DNA of 64,000 bases from Takakia lepidozioides. Lineage: Eukaryota > Plantae > Bryophyta. The notes beneath the pieces are model-generated. The model ran no database searches. It was not told the DNA's origin and was given only the letters and a program-made list of their open reading frames with translations. Both the position numbers and the translations under genes were made by a program. Each line of letters opens with the position of its first letter. Within the stretch, counting starts at the first letter, position 1. Shown piece after piece: positions 38,522 to 50,500 of this stretch. The DNA is taken from positions 45,074,001 to 45,138,000 of the forward strand of contig CM060731.1 in NCBI GenBank assembly GCA_030704615.1, read 5' to 3'.

Positions 38522-41500
38522 CTACAAAAAATCTTCCCCTTCAGGGTCGCCCTCTGCATCCTCTCCTTCATTGTCCTCTTCCTCTTCCAATGCATCTGGG
38601 TCCACACCCTGCTTGACCAGAAAAACTCAATAACTCCAGGTTAGCTGCACATAAAAACCTTATGAGGAGTTTTATGAAGAGAACAATACAGCTCTAAAAA
38701 AAGCTGCAAGGCCTTACATATTCCTTTTGTCAAGAATGGCTGCCATCAAGTCCCATAAGATTACCTGCCAGTAACCCAACTCCAAGAAAACCAGGGAAAA
38801 CTGCCCACATAGCTCTCCTCATCTGACAATCACAGCTATCTGTGCACCAGCAACATCCTTAAGATAAGAGAGACATCGGTTTTGAGTATGGAGCCAAAGT
38901 CTCCATCACTTCCAATCCTAAAGAGGCTTGTGTGGTAAGAAACAGCACCTTCATCTGTTTCTCCAGCCGCTCAATTCCCTTCTTGGCTGCCTCATTAAGT
39001 GGATTGATGCTGCCAGGAGCACAAAGGGAGCATTTGATTAAGCGACCATGAGATATTCCATTAGACTGCACTTGTAAAATCTTCTACTTCGGAGCTAAAA
39101 TGTAAATGTCATCAGTAGAAACGGGAGAATCTTCCATCTTGTCACTCTCAGGGGGCTGCCACACACTGACTTTACCTCCCCCATGAGGAGAATCTGAAAG
39201 TTAATTAGCAACAGCAGAAGTTCTCTGCTGAGTAGCCTCTCAGAAATTGACTCGCTGCTTCAGCCCTCTTTAGTCTCATGATTATGGTCAGTAGGTCCTG
39301 CGAACTTTTACAAAACAGGTAGCCCTGTGATATAGGGAAGATGCTACATGTCCGAGATAGATTTCTGAACATATTGTCCCCAGCTCTGTTACTGTAGTGA
39401 TAGATGAATCCCAAACAAGCTAGCAATCAAAACATGAGTGTCGGAATAAGAACCTCAGAGCAGCCTGGTAATGGGAGAGGGATTCGCCAAGCTTATCAGT
39501 CGCTGCTAGAATCTGAGCTAGCTTTGTGTGCAAGGCATCGTCTGCACAGTTTTTCAAATACCGTTGCAACAACACTGTAGCATCCTCATTTCTGCCCTCC
39601 ATACCATGTAGATCAGCTAGGGCAAGCACAGCACCCAGGTACCCTGGCTCTAGCCGCAATGCCGATTCATAGAATTTTCGAGCCTGCGTCAGGATGAGAA
39701 ATCTATTTTGAGAATCTGGGAGAACCTTCAGAGTAATTGATGCCAGAAAATAAACCCTGCAGCAGCTCTAGCCTGGCCGACATACCTTTTCTCGCCCGTC
39801 AGGGTTGTGGGCATAGACATCGCCAACCAGCGTGAGGGCCTTGGCTGAGTGTTGCATTGCTTTCATTGCCTCCCGTGCAGCAGACAGTGCTTCTTTATGC
39901 TTAGGGATTGCCAAATAAGCTCGTACTAAACCTGACCAGCAGAGATACAATGTTATCAATAACAGAGGGTTGCAAAAGTAACTATAGGCTGAAAGCTTAT
40001 AGATGGAGAGCATACAGTTACACTAAAAGCACATTGTGTGGCCCCCTCTTTTCGGTTCCTCGACAGAGGATTGTAAGTTGTATCATTCCAAGAAAACAGT
40101 GCACCTACTTATTGAGATCTCACTTAGAGTTGGCAGGCGGACACCACAATAATGTAGAACAAGCATACAGCAAGGGCCAATCAACAAGGATACGGCGGCA
40201 ACCTTGGTATGACCGGAGATCTGCCCTTAGTGACTGGGCTCGCCTGAAGGCCATCACAGCTGCCTCCGAGCGATTCAGTGACAATGACAAGTTCCCCTGT
40301 GACCAATATAGAGATTTGAGCTCATGAAGGAGATGCAAATTTAGCCTTAAGACACACAACTGCATCAATAACCACTTGTTTTCCAGGTTCCCAGTTCAGT
40401 ACCCTTCCACCTTTTATGCAAAGGGTATATGTATATCACAGGGGTAAAACATGATGTTCTGTTCACTACAGCAAGTCAACAAAACAGCTGAAATACTAGG
40501 TCTATGAGCCCCGGCTCATTTGGGAAAACCCACATGTATAATTCAATTCACCGACCATCAGAAGACTTATGAAAGTATACAATATCAGGCCAGTTCAGGC
40601 AAAAGAAACAACCAGAGGCCCTGAAGCTAACTGGCCTTGTTTGTGAGCCAGCCTGATGCATGCAAATTCATAATCAGAGATGCTGCATGAAAGTTTGGGT
40701 TACAGCGAGAGGATCACACCTTGACAATATACGCAGTTGTGTGCCTCTCATCAACCCGCATGCTCTGTCCATGCCAGAATTCAAGAGGAACCCTCAGTTG
40801 CGATGGATTATTATTCAAACTTGGCATATGAAGTTCTTTTATGGTTGATCCAAGTTAATATTTACTTCTGATCACAGAGAGCGGCCAGAAATGACTATGT
40901 ATACAGGGAGAGAGATTGTACTCATAAGACGTTGTTTGCCGTAGCCTTGTGGCCATTGACCCCGCGCCCAGTTTGAGCGGGAACAAAAGGAACAGAACCT
41001 ACCTCTGTCAGGGGCTGACGTTGGTAGTAAGACTTACCTTCATATAAAGAATTAATCCGGGTTTTCCAGATATCCTCTAGAAATCCCTTCACACAAGCAT
41101 CAATCTGCTGTGTGTGATTTGCCCAAAAACTAGGCCTCAGGAGGGCCTGGGCTTTTGGCTCAGCCTCGAGACTTTCAAAGTTGGTAAACAGGGGTACAGG
41201 CACAATTCCCTTGATAGAGTTGAAGAGAGTGTCTCTTTGGTGAGAGAACCCCGGACAGTGTATCAGAAAATGAATACTGTCTTCAGATTGCCCACACAAC
41301 GGGCAATTGCACTCTCCCTTTCCTCTCTGCTTCTGTTTGCTGTTCAAAGGTAGGCTTCCTGCCCTGAGTTTAAATTTCAGTCTAGTGCCGAGAGTGGGTA
41401 GACCCTTGAGGTCATCCAAGATGTCCTCCCCCATGTCACTGACTGGAAACAAGTTCAGGGAAGTTTTCTGCCTAACTTCATTTTCATCAGACAATCTCAT

Positions 41501-44500
41501 GGCAACAGACATGGCTTTGGACACTACAGCCTCTATGTCAGATTTATCCGGCAGGGTCAAGACTTGCGGATCCAGGTCCAGGTCCTTGAGAATCTCTTCT
41601 ACTCTCTTCTGCCAGGACTTAGCCTGTTTGACAGGGCGGTCCTGTTTCCAAGATATAGAGTCGATTAACTTAGGATATCTGGTGTTGGGCATATGTTGCA
41701 GCTGACCCCACCATCTGACCTTGAATTCATCTCGTCGGGAGCTTAAGGATGGAATGCCAAACTCACCCCGAACAGCCACATTGGCTGTTTTGGAGCATGC
41801 TGACATACACTCCTTAAGCACCCCCACTTGAATGGATTCTAGAGACTTAGCCTGGTTGGAGTTATCAACCCATATAGCAGATCCGTACTCCAAGGCAGGT
41901 CTAATAACGCGACAAAGCATGGTTTTCTTAACCTCAGAGTTGACCCCTCTGCAGTGGAAAAATTTAGTGAGCCCCAGAGCTTTGCCCTTGCCAGTTTGAA
42001 CAACTTTCCGGATATGTGCATCCCAATTACAATTGGAGGAAAACTCAACGCCCAGGTAAGTGTAGGAAGGGAGGACCGGGATCTCTTGGCTACCCCACTG
42101 CCACTTAAGATCACTTCCTCCCTCTCCTCTGTCGTTGAATGCTACCACTGCACATTTGCTGACATTAGCCTCTAGCCCCCAAAGATCAAAGTATCTCTTC
42201 GCGCAATCAATCAACTCCTGGAGATTGGTTGGAGTCTCCCCTATGCCTGCGAAGTCATCCGCAAACATAAGGGCTGGTATGGTGGTATCACCCACCCTTA
42301 ACCCAAATCCCTCACTTTCCACATCCTCGAGGAGTTGATTGACGAAAACATTGAAGAGCAGAGGGGAGAGAGTACATCCTTGAGCTACACCTTGGTCTAT
42401 GTCAAAGAAGTTGGACTTCTGTCCGTTAACAGTGACACAGCTTTTGGTGTGAGCATACAAGTTGTGGACAACTCCCCACATCTTTCCCTTGATCCCACAA
42501 GACCAGAGGCGGAACCATAGGCCATCTCTCCACACTGTGTCATAAGCCTTTTTGACATCCAGGAAAAAAACATAAGTGGGTTTCCCTTCTTTTTTCCTTC
42601 CCTGAATAACCTGGCTTAGAGTGAAGATATGATCCACACAGCCCCTGTTTCGCCGAAAGCCAGCTTGGCCTTCGTGGAAACAACCTCTAGACTCCAGATC
42701 AACCTCGAGACGAGTACTTATAACTCTGCAGAATGTCTTGCCAACAGCATTGAGGAGCGTGATGCCACGGTAGTTCCCCGGTTCTTCTCTGTCACCCTTC
42801 TTGTATAGATTGACAATGACCCCCTGTCGCCAGCGAAAGGGGATCATTTCAGTCTTCCAGATAAGGTTAAAGAGGAGAACTAGGGCCTCTATCATGGGAT
42901 CGCCACCGTGCTTGATAAGCTCGTTGACAATACCATCAGGTCCACCAGCTTTATATCCATTTAAATGTTCAATTGCTTCCACAATCTCAGAAGAACTAAT
43001 GGGAGCGTTATAAGCCATTGAAATATACTCCAGTTCATCAGGGCTGTTTTGAATCATAGGAACAATTTTTCCAACTGTGTCCCTCCATTCAGCAGAAGAC
43101 CCCTCACTGTTAGACCTAGAAGTTCTGCCAAGGATACTGTAGTGATTTTCAAAGGTTTTGACAATGTCAACCGATGAAGAAACCACTGCACCTTTAGTAG
43201 TCTTCAGCGCTTGTACTTGCTGACCGTTTTTAGGCTTGTACACACGTTGAAGGCCCAACCAGAATTTTTTGTCATTACCACCATGGTGGTTTGAGTTTAT
43301 TTCACTGTATAACTTATCCCAGTATAATTTCTTCTGAGACCTAACAAGCTGATTGATATCTTTACGGAGCTGGTAGTACCTCGCCCACAATTCTCTGTTG
43401 GTTTTCAAATTGCAGCACTCTTTATAGAGGGCTCGTCTCTCAGCTATCTTGAGTTTGATCTCATTGGTCCACCAATTAACAGCCCTACCGCAGACAATTA
43501 GTTTCCTCCCAATGATCTTGTCAGCCACGGAGGAAACGAAACTCTCGCAAGAGTCCACTGCTCTTTCGACTTCATTTCTTGCGTTGTCAGAGCGAGACTG
43601 AAGTTCTTGGAGCGATTGGACAAAGTGAGGGAGAGCCTCTTGCAAGGCCTGGACGTACTCAGCCTTGACCTCCTCATTATGGAATTTTTCTATGCGCCAC
43701 TTCCGAATCGAACGTTTCACAGATCTCTTGGTGTTGGGAAAACACCTTTTGATCTCAGTCCAAACCAGGAAGTGGTCAGAGGTACCAATATCAGTTCTGT
43801 CGATCAACACATTGGCACACTGGGGAAACAAATTTTTGTCCATTATGATATAGTCCACAATGGAACGTTCCCCAGTTTGGGATTTCTCACGAGTCCACTG
43901 CACTTGGTCACCTCTTGTCCTGTTATTCAAGGTCAAAAGCTGAAGCTCTTCCAGACAGTTAATTAACCGTCTGCCATTAGAATTCAGCTCGTCCTCACCA
44001 AAAGGCCCAATGATATCGTCCTGATGGAGCCCTTTGCCCACCCGGGCATTGAAGTCACCCAATAGCACTACCTGACCTTTGGCAAGGAACGAAGCACAGT
44101 CCAGCTTTACATCTTCGAAGGCTTTGTCTGCGTCAGCACTAAGGGTCCCCTCTGTGGGCATGTAAACACAACCCACAAAGAGGTCCTTCGTACTCATGCC
44201 GCCCTTCAGATTCAGTTTTAGCCAGATACTATGCTCGTACCTCAAACCCTTGTTGATAATTTCACAATTATCAAACAAGAACTCACGGACAAAGAATCCA
44301 ACCCCTTTTTGACCGCGTTTGGCAGAGACTGCCTTGAGAGTACACATCCTACCTGCCCATTTATAACCATTGACATCTCCAACCAGTTTATCCGACGTTT
44401 CCCATGTTTCTTGCCCAGCACAGATATGAATATCATTAGTCCGAAGGACTTGTCCCACTTCGAGTTGTTTCCTTTGGTTAGTAAGCCCTGAGAAGTTGAA

Positions 44501-47500
44501 AGTGGCCAGCCGCAAGCCAGCCCTTTGCATGTGAATTGTTTGTCGTCTAGGTAGAGAGAGAGGAAGAACATACAGGGAGAGAGAGAGGAAGAACATGCCT
44601 TGTCAGCATATGTGAGAGCCCTCATCTTGTCATCTTTCATTTCCCAGTAGATGGCTGATGCTACCCAGACCTCTGGCCTTGTGGGATCAATGTTGAGAAG
44701 GTCATGAACAAGCCGGTTGAGTTCTGCCTGGTTGCCCCGCATGCGAAGGAGCATTGCATATTCATCCATGCTTGTCACATTGTACTGGTCAACCTGCCGT
44801 GCCTGTTTGGAATCCGTGAAGCCTGAGAAGTATATCAACAACCGAAGCTAGCAAATCTTCACTAATTCCCATCCTACTACAATTCTCAGCATTTCTGCAA
44901 AGCTGGCTAGTTCCATACAGATTTCACTCTCAGCATGATCTCAGGAGATGTGTCCTTGCACAATCACAAGCACTAGCAGAAGCAGTGGAGAAGCAGTGGA
45001 GGAGGAGGCATTCAAAATGAAGGGGAAGGGGGTCCAGATATATATTACTAACGTATAGATTACCAACAAGACGAAGGAACAAAGGAGTGCACCCAGATAA
45101 AACAAACGTACAAAAATAACAACTCTCAAGGTAGGAAAGAAACCTTCTCAAAGTTATGGACAGCTTCGTCAATCCTTCCTAGTGCTGTTTCTCCCTGAGC
45201 AAGGAACCACTCTTTGTTATTTCCAGCAGTGCCTGCAACTCTCTCCACAGGCAAGACCTCAGATTGAACTTCAGTAGAAATCCTTTTCATGTAGCCAGGG
45301 TCCACTCTCTTGTAGTGGTCTGTAGGCTTCTTACTTCTTTAATTCTGTCATAGACATTCTAAGGTTTCTTTCGCTCTCTCTCTTGTGCTACTTCCTCCGT
45401 TTAGTATGCCTTCTTTGTACCATAACTTCCATGGGGGTTTAGTGGATGGTTTAAGTTCCTTTTGCTGACCAGTTGTTTCACAAAGTACAAAGATTCCTCC
45501 CAGGACATGTTAAACATGGAGACTCTGCCCCATTCATTTACACAAGCAGGTGCCATCCTCACCAGAACAAAAGGAGGATGATCACATAGTTCCATGTGCA
45601 AAAAACATGGGGACTCCGAGCCAGCTTACACCAGAAGACATATCTACAAAAACACCTTCCTCATCATCAGACACAACAACAACATCTCTCCCAAGGAGTT
45701 TGGGAAACTTCAGACTTTGTCCTCACATTCCACAGATTGACACAAAGAAAATTCCGAGGACAGGATTTCCCCTATAGTCCTACACATGAAAGGGAAGACA
45801 ACATCATTTCTCTTCTTGTGCCTTGCGTACTACAAGATGCAGGGGACATATTGGGGTTCTTTACAGCCTCCTTTTCCATGCAGAGGGAGAACCCAACGTG
45901 CTTAGCAGCTTACCTGCAAGAGGCACTCTGCTTTTGTGTAACATTTAGAGTTGAGTTTCTCAGCAGCTATGGCCGATGTCTATTGGTTATGACCACTAAA
46001 TCCTCACAGTGTTTTAACCCAGACAATCCATATTGGGTCTGGATGGACCCTCTCTGCTAATGTTCAGGACAACTTCCATTGTAACAGATTGAGAAATCTG
46101 CTCACCTTGGCGATTTCTAACAAGATGTGGATATTGTTGGGAAAGCGCTGTCCAAGAGAGTTGAAATTCTCCAGCCCTCCTGTTCATTCCAGCAAACCCA
46201 CAGCGTGTCTGTCAGATATGGCCTTGCAAAGCCACATGATCCATTATCCAAGGTAGCCAGACTTATTCTCCCCACATGGGCGCTGGGTAGACTTTTACAT
46301 GTGGCCCTTGTGGCGATTCTGGAAAAATTAAAAAAAAAAACACTGAGCATAATTCAATAATGTAACTTGAATTAAGTAGTAAAATCTACTGTACCTTTGT
46401 AATCATGTGCTGCAATGCCGCAATGTCCATCAGCGAACCTCTGCAAGACATTACAAATGAGCAATCAGAGACTTCCATCAGGGCTCTCCGATAGCACACA
46501 TACTTCACTAGGTCTTACAGCTTCAGGCAGGGCTGTGCTTAATCAGACAGAGGATAGATGGACAAGTTTTTTTTACATTTGATAAGAATTGGGGACAAAA
46601 AAATCAATTCTTACCTGTAACCATCGCACAGGCTCATAATGGTCTGTTATCGGCCGACCACTTTTACTTTGGCCCTGCACATTATGAAATGCATTGAATT
46701 CTTAGCATAACCAATTAGCAGGAAGTATAGAGAATCTGTTATTCGTCGATAGAAGCAGCGACCACATTCACATCATTGTACACATGGAATGCGTGGAAGT
46801 AATAAATTTGACTTCTTTTCTTGTTCCTCTCTCTAGAACCCCTTCAAGCATGTCAGATCCCAACCTGAGGAAAAAGAGTGTGTATCTCTTTTGAAGCGAC
46901 GCCTAACTCCGCCAATGCCACGATGGCCTCCAACACATATGGACATTGCCTGGTATCACCATCCAACTCTGCTATAAGATACGTGATTGAGATACAACTC
47001 CAATTTGAGGTTTAGCGTTGTCAGCTACTGCCCGTACCAAACCTTGAAATATTTCTCCATTGAGGGAGTGCGATGCCATTGAGGTGTCATTAGCAGCAGT
47101 AAGCCTTTCAACAGCACTGAGGAAGTATTTTTTGCTACATTTCATTACAGTACTCAAACTCAAATTCAATATTGAAGTTTGGGTGAATGAAGAACAAAGA
47201 GAGAATATTACTGATCAAAGAACCGCACTTGGTGCGTCCAGTGTGGCATTGACACTCTGAAGACCAGAATAGTACACGGGTGGGTTTACTAGATCCAACA
47301 ATGAAAGCAGGCACAAGGCAGTGTAAGTATATAAAAGCCTAGGGAAGCAAAGAAAGAAAACCTGAGGCATTCTCGGTATGATGCCGTGGCTGCCCGGTCA
47401 TAACCGGTGACTCGATAGAGTTTAGCTAAAGTCAGATTTATTCGCAACGTCCTTGCTTTTGATGGTATGCCCTCCATCTGCGATCTCACAGCTATAGTAA

Positions 47501-50500
47501 TGATTTTGTCATGCAAAATACATTCCTTCTTAAAAAAGAATTACGATTAAAACCCATCTTAATGACAATTCATGAGTATACAAGAATGGCACAACAGGGC
47601 TGTGGCCTAGTGGTAAGCCATCCTGTGCATTGGCCTGACTCCAATGACAACCGACAATAATCTGGTTACAGGGAAAGCTATTACGTGTGGCCAGAGGACG
47701 CTATGGGCAATTGAATGTACTCATAAACTTTGTTTGCCATAGACCCACGCCCGGATTGGGCGGCACAACGAGACACTCCCTTTGTGAGGGGCTCACTCCA
47801 GTAAGAGGACTTACCTTGATATAAACAATTTGGGATTACCAGATTTCCTCTAGAAAGCCCTTGACACAAACTGAGCGCGGGGTCAATGGCCACAAGGCTA
47901 CGGCAAACAACGTCTTATGAGTACATTGTCTCTCTCCCCCTCTTTTCTTAAGGATGACCTGAAGGGCCTACCTACCTTGGCCCTGTTGGGGTCCAACTGC
48001 CGGGCAGATCGCACAAAGCACATTGATGTTTGTGTGAAGGGCAATCTGTTAATCCCAAATTGTTTATATCAAGGTACGTCCCATTAAGTATAAGTCTGCT
48101 GTGAATGAGCTGCCCAGCAATTAGACCCCGACAGGGCCAGGGCTTTAGGCTCAGCCTTGACATTTTGAAAGTCGGTGAACAGTTCATGATGGTCCTGAAG
48201 AGGGTCGATCTCTGATGAGAATACCCTGGACATCGTAGCAGAAAATGTATGTTGTCTTCAGGCGCACATCGGGTATTGACTATCTCCCTTTCCTATTTGC
48301 ATGTGATTATTGTTCAAAGGTATTACCTGCCCTCAGTTTAAATTTCAGTCTAGTGCTATATGCAGTTGAGAGAGGTACAGAGAAAAAGTCCAGGGTGGCG
48401 GGGGAGAGAGGTGTCACTGAGCAGGATTCCAGATATGGAAGGTAACATACGTAGGAGAAGACATGTAAAAAGATGATAAAGATCAAACACGTGAGAAAGC
48501 TGTTATGAGAGGCTTTACGAAGAAAAAATAGAGTAACACCTCAGAGAGTGCAGCTCGGGTGTCGTGGACAGATAAGTGGCAAAGCCCAATCTTAAACTTC
48601 ACCTGTTACAACTCTCAACAATAACAAATAGGATTCAGTTGACTGTATGTTGCAATGACAGAATCTTGCTTCACATCTAACTTCTTTCAAATACCTCCAT
48701 GTATTACACCCAAACCTACTACACACGACATGATGTAGGGGAAATAAAACCATCGTATGAAAGTACCTCATTTTCATTGAGAGTGGATGAGTGATTAGGG
48801 TTTGCAGACGGCGGCCTTGATTGGACAGGAGTCCTTGTTCCACTCATTGTTTGTTTTGGGCTCACACGACATTGCTGTAGTGCCTGCCTGTACACATTCT
48901 GACATGAATAGAAACCAAGGATCAGTAGCGCTGCCTTTGTCACTCGATAAATACATCTCTCCTCTAAACCCTCCATCCAAGATCTGTCGGCAGAACATAA
49001 TGAGTTGGTTGACGACTATAGCTGTCCTGTACCTTCTATTAGACTACTAAGAGGATGATAACTACTCATTGTGCTTGGCATAGCCATGTAGTCATTGATA
49101 CTCCACCCAGTCTTGACAGTGCGCACGTTATAGTCTGTGTTACAGATTGTACTCATAAGACGTTGTTTGCCGTAGCCTTGTGGCCATTGACCCCGCGCCC
49201 AGTTTGAGCGGGAACAAAAGGGACAGAACCTACCTCTGTCAGGGGCTGACGTTGGTAGTAAGACTTACCTCCATATAAAGAATTAATCCGGGTTTTCCAG
49301 ATATCCTCTAGAAATCCCTTCACACAAGCATCAATCTGCTGTGTGTGATTTGCCCAAAAACTAGGCCTCAGGAGGGCCTGGGCTTTTGGCTCAGCCTCGA
49401 GACTTTCAAAGTTGGTAAACAGGGGTACAGGCACAATTCCCTTAATAGATTTGAAGAGAGCGTCTCTTTGGTGAGAGAACCCCGGACAGTGTATCAGAAA
49501 ATGAATACTGTCTTCAGATTGCCCACACAACGGGCAATTGCACTCTCCCTTTCCTCTCTGCTTCTGTTTGCTGTTCAAAGGTAGGCTTCCTGCCCTGAGT
49601 TTAAATTTCAGTCTAGTGCCGAGAGTGGGTAGACCCTTGAGGTCATCCAAGATGTCCTCCCCCATGTCACTGACTGGAAACAAGTTCAGGGAAGTTTTCT
49701 GCCTAACTTCATTTTCATCAGACAATCTCATGGCAACAGACATGGCTGAGGACACGACAGCCTCTAAGTCAGATTTATCCAGCAGGGTCAAGACTTGCGG
49801 ATCCAGGTCCAGGTCCTTGAGGATCTCTTCTACTCTCTTCTGCCAGGACTTAGCCTGTTTGACAGGGCGGTCCTGTTTCCAAGATATAGAGTCGATTAAC
49901 TTAGGATATCTGGTGTTGGGCATATGTTGCAGCTGACCCCACCATCTGACCTTGAATTCATCTCGTCGGGAGCTTAAGGACGGAATGCCAAACTCACCCC
50001 GAACAGCCACATTGGCTGTTTTGGAGCATGCTGACATACACTCCTTAAGCACCCCCACTTGAATGGATTCTAGAGACTTAGCCTGGTTGGAGTTATCAAC
50101 CCATATAGCAGATCCGTACTCCAAGGCAGGTCTAATAACGCGACAAAGCATGGTTTTCTTGACCTCAGAGTTGACCCCTCCGCAGTGGAAAAATTTAGTG
50201 AGCCCCAGAGCTTTGCCCTTGCCAGTTTGAACAACTTTCCGGATATGTGCATCCCAATTACAATTGGAGGAGAACTCAACGCCCAGGTAAGTGTAGGAAG
50301 GGAGGACCGGGATCTCTTGGCTACCCCACTGCCACTTAAGATCACTTCCTCCCTCTCCTCTGTCGTTGAATGCTACCACTGCACATTTGCTGACATTAGC
50401 CTCTAGCCCCCAAAGATCAAAGTATCTCTTCGCGCAATCAATCAACTCCTGGAGTCTGTGTTACAGAGAGGTAGAAAAAGAGTAAAAGTTGTCTGCAGTG

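Larger units (their letters stand above)
40765..44598 (-). other. GC-AG intron (APC7 intron 12)
   Basis: Exon 12 ends ...GAC AAG|GCATGT. This donor keeps phase 0 with exon 13 (SMRVDERH). Confidence 0.8.

Noticed and set aside
44242-44841. In-frame APC7-LINE fusion protein
   Set aside because: Read-through from exon 12 is in a different frame from the LINE ORF and stops at 44242.
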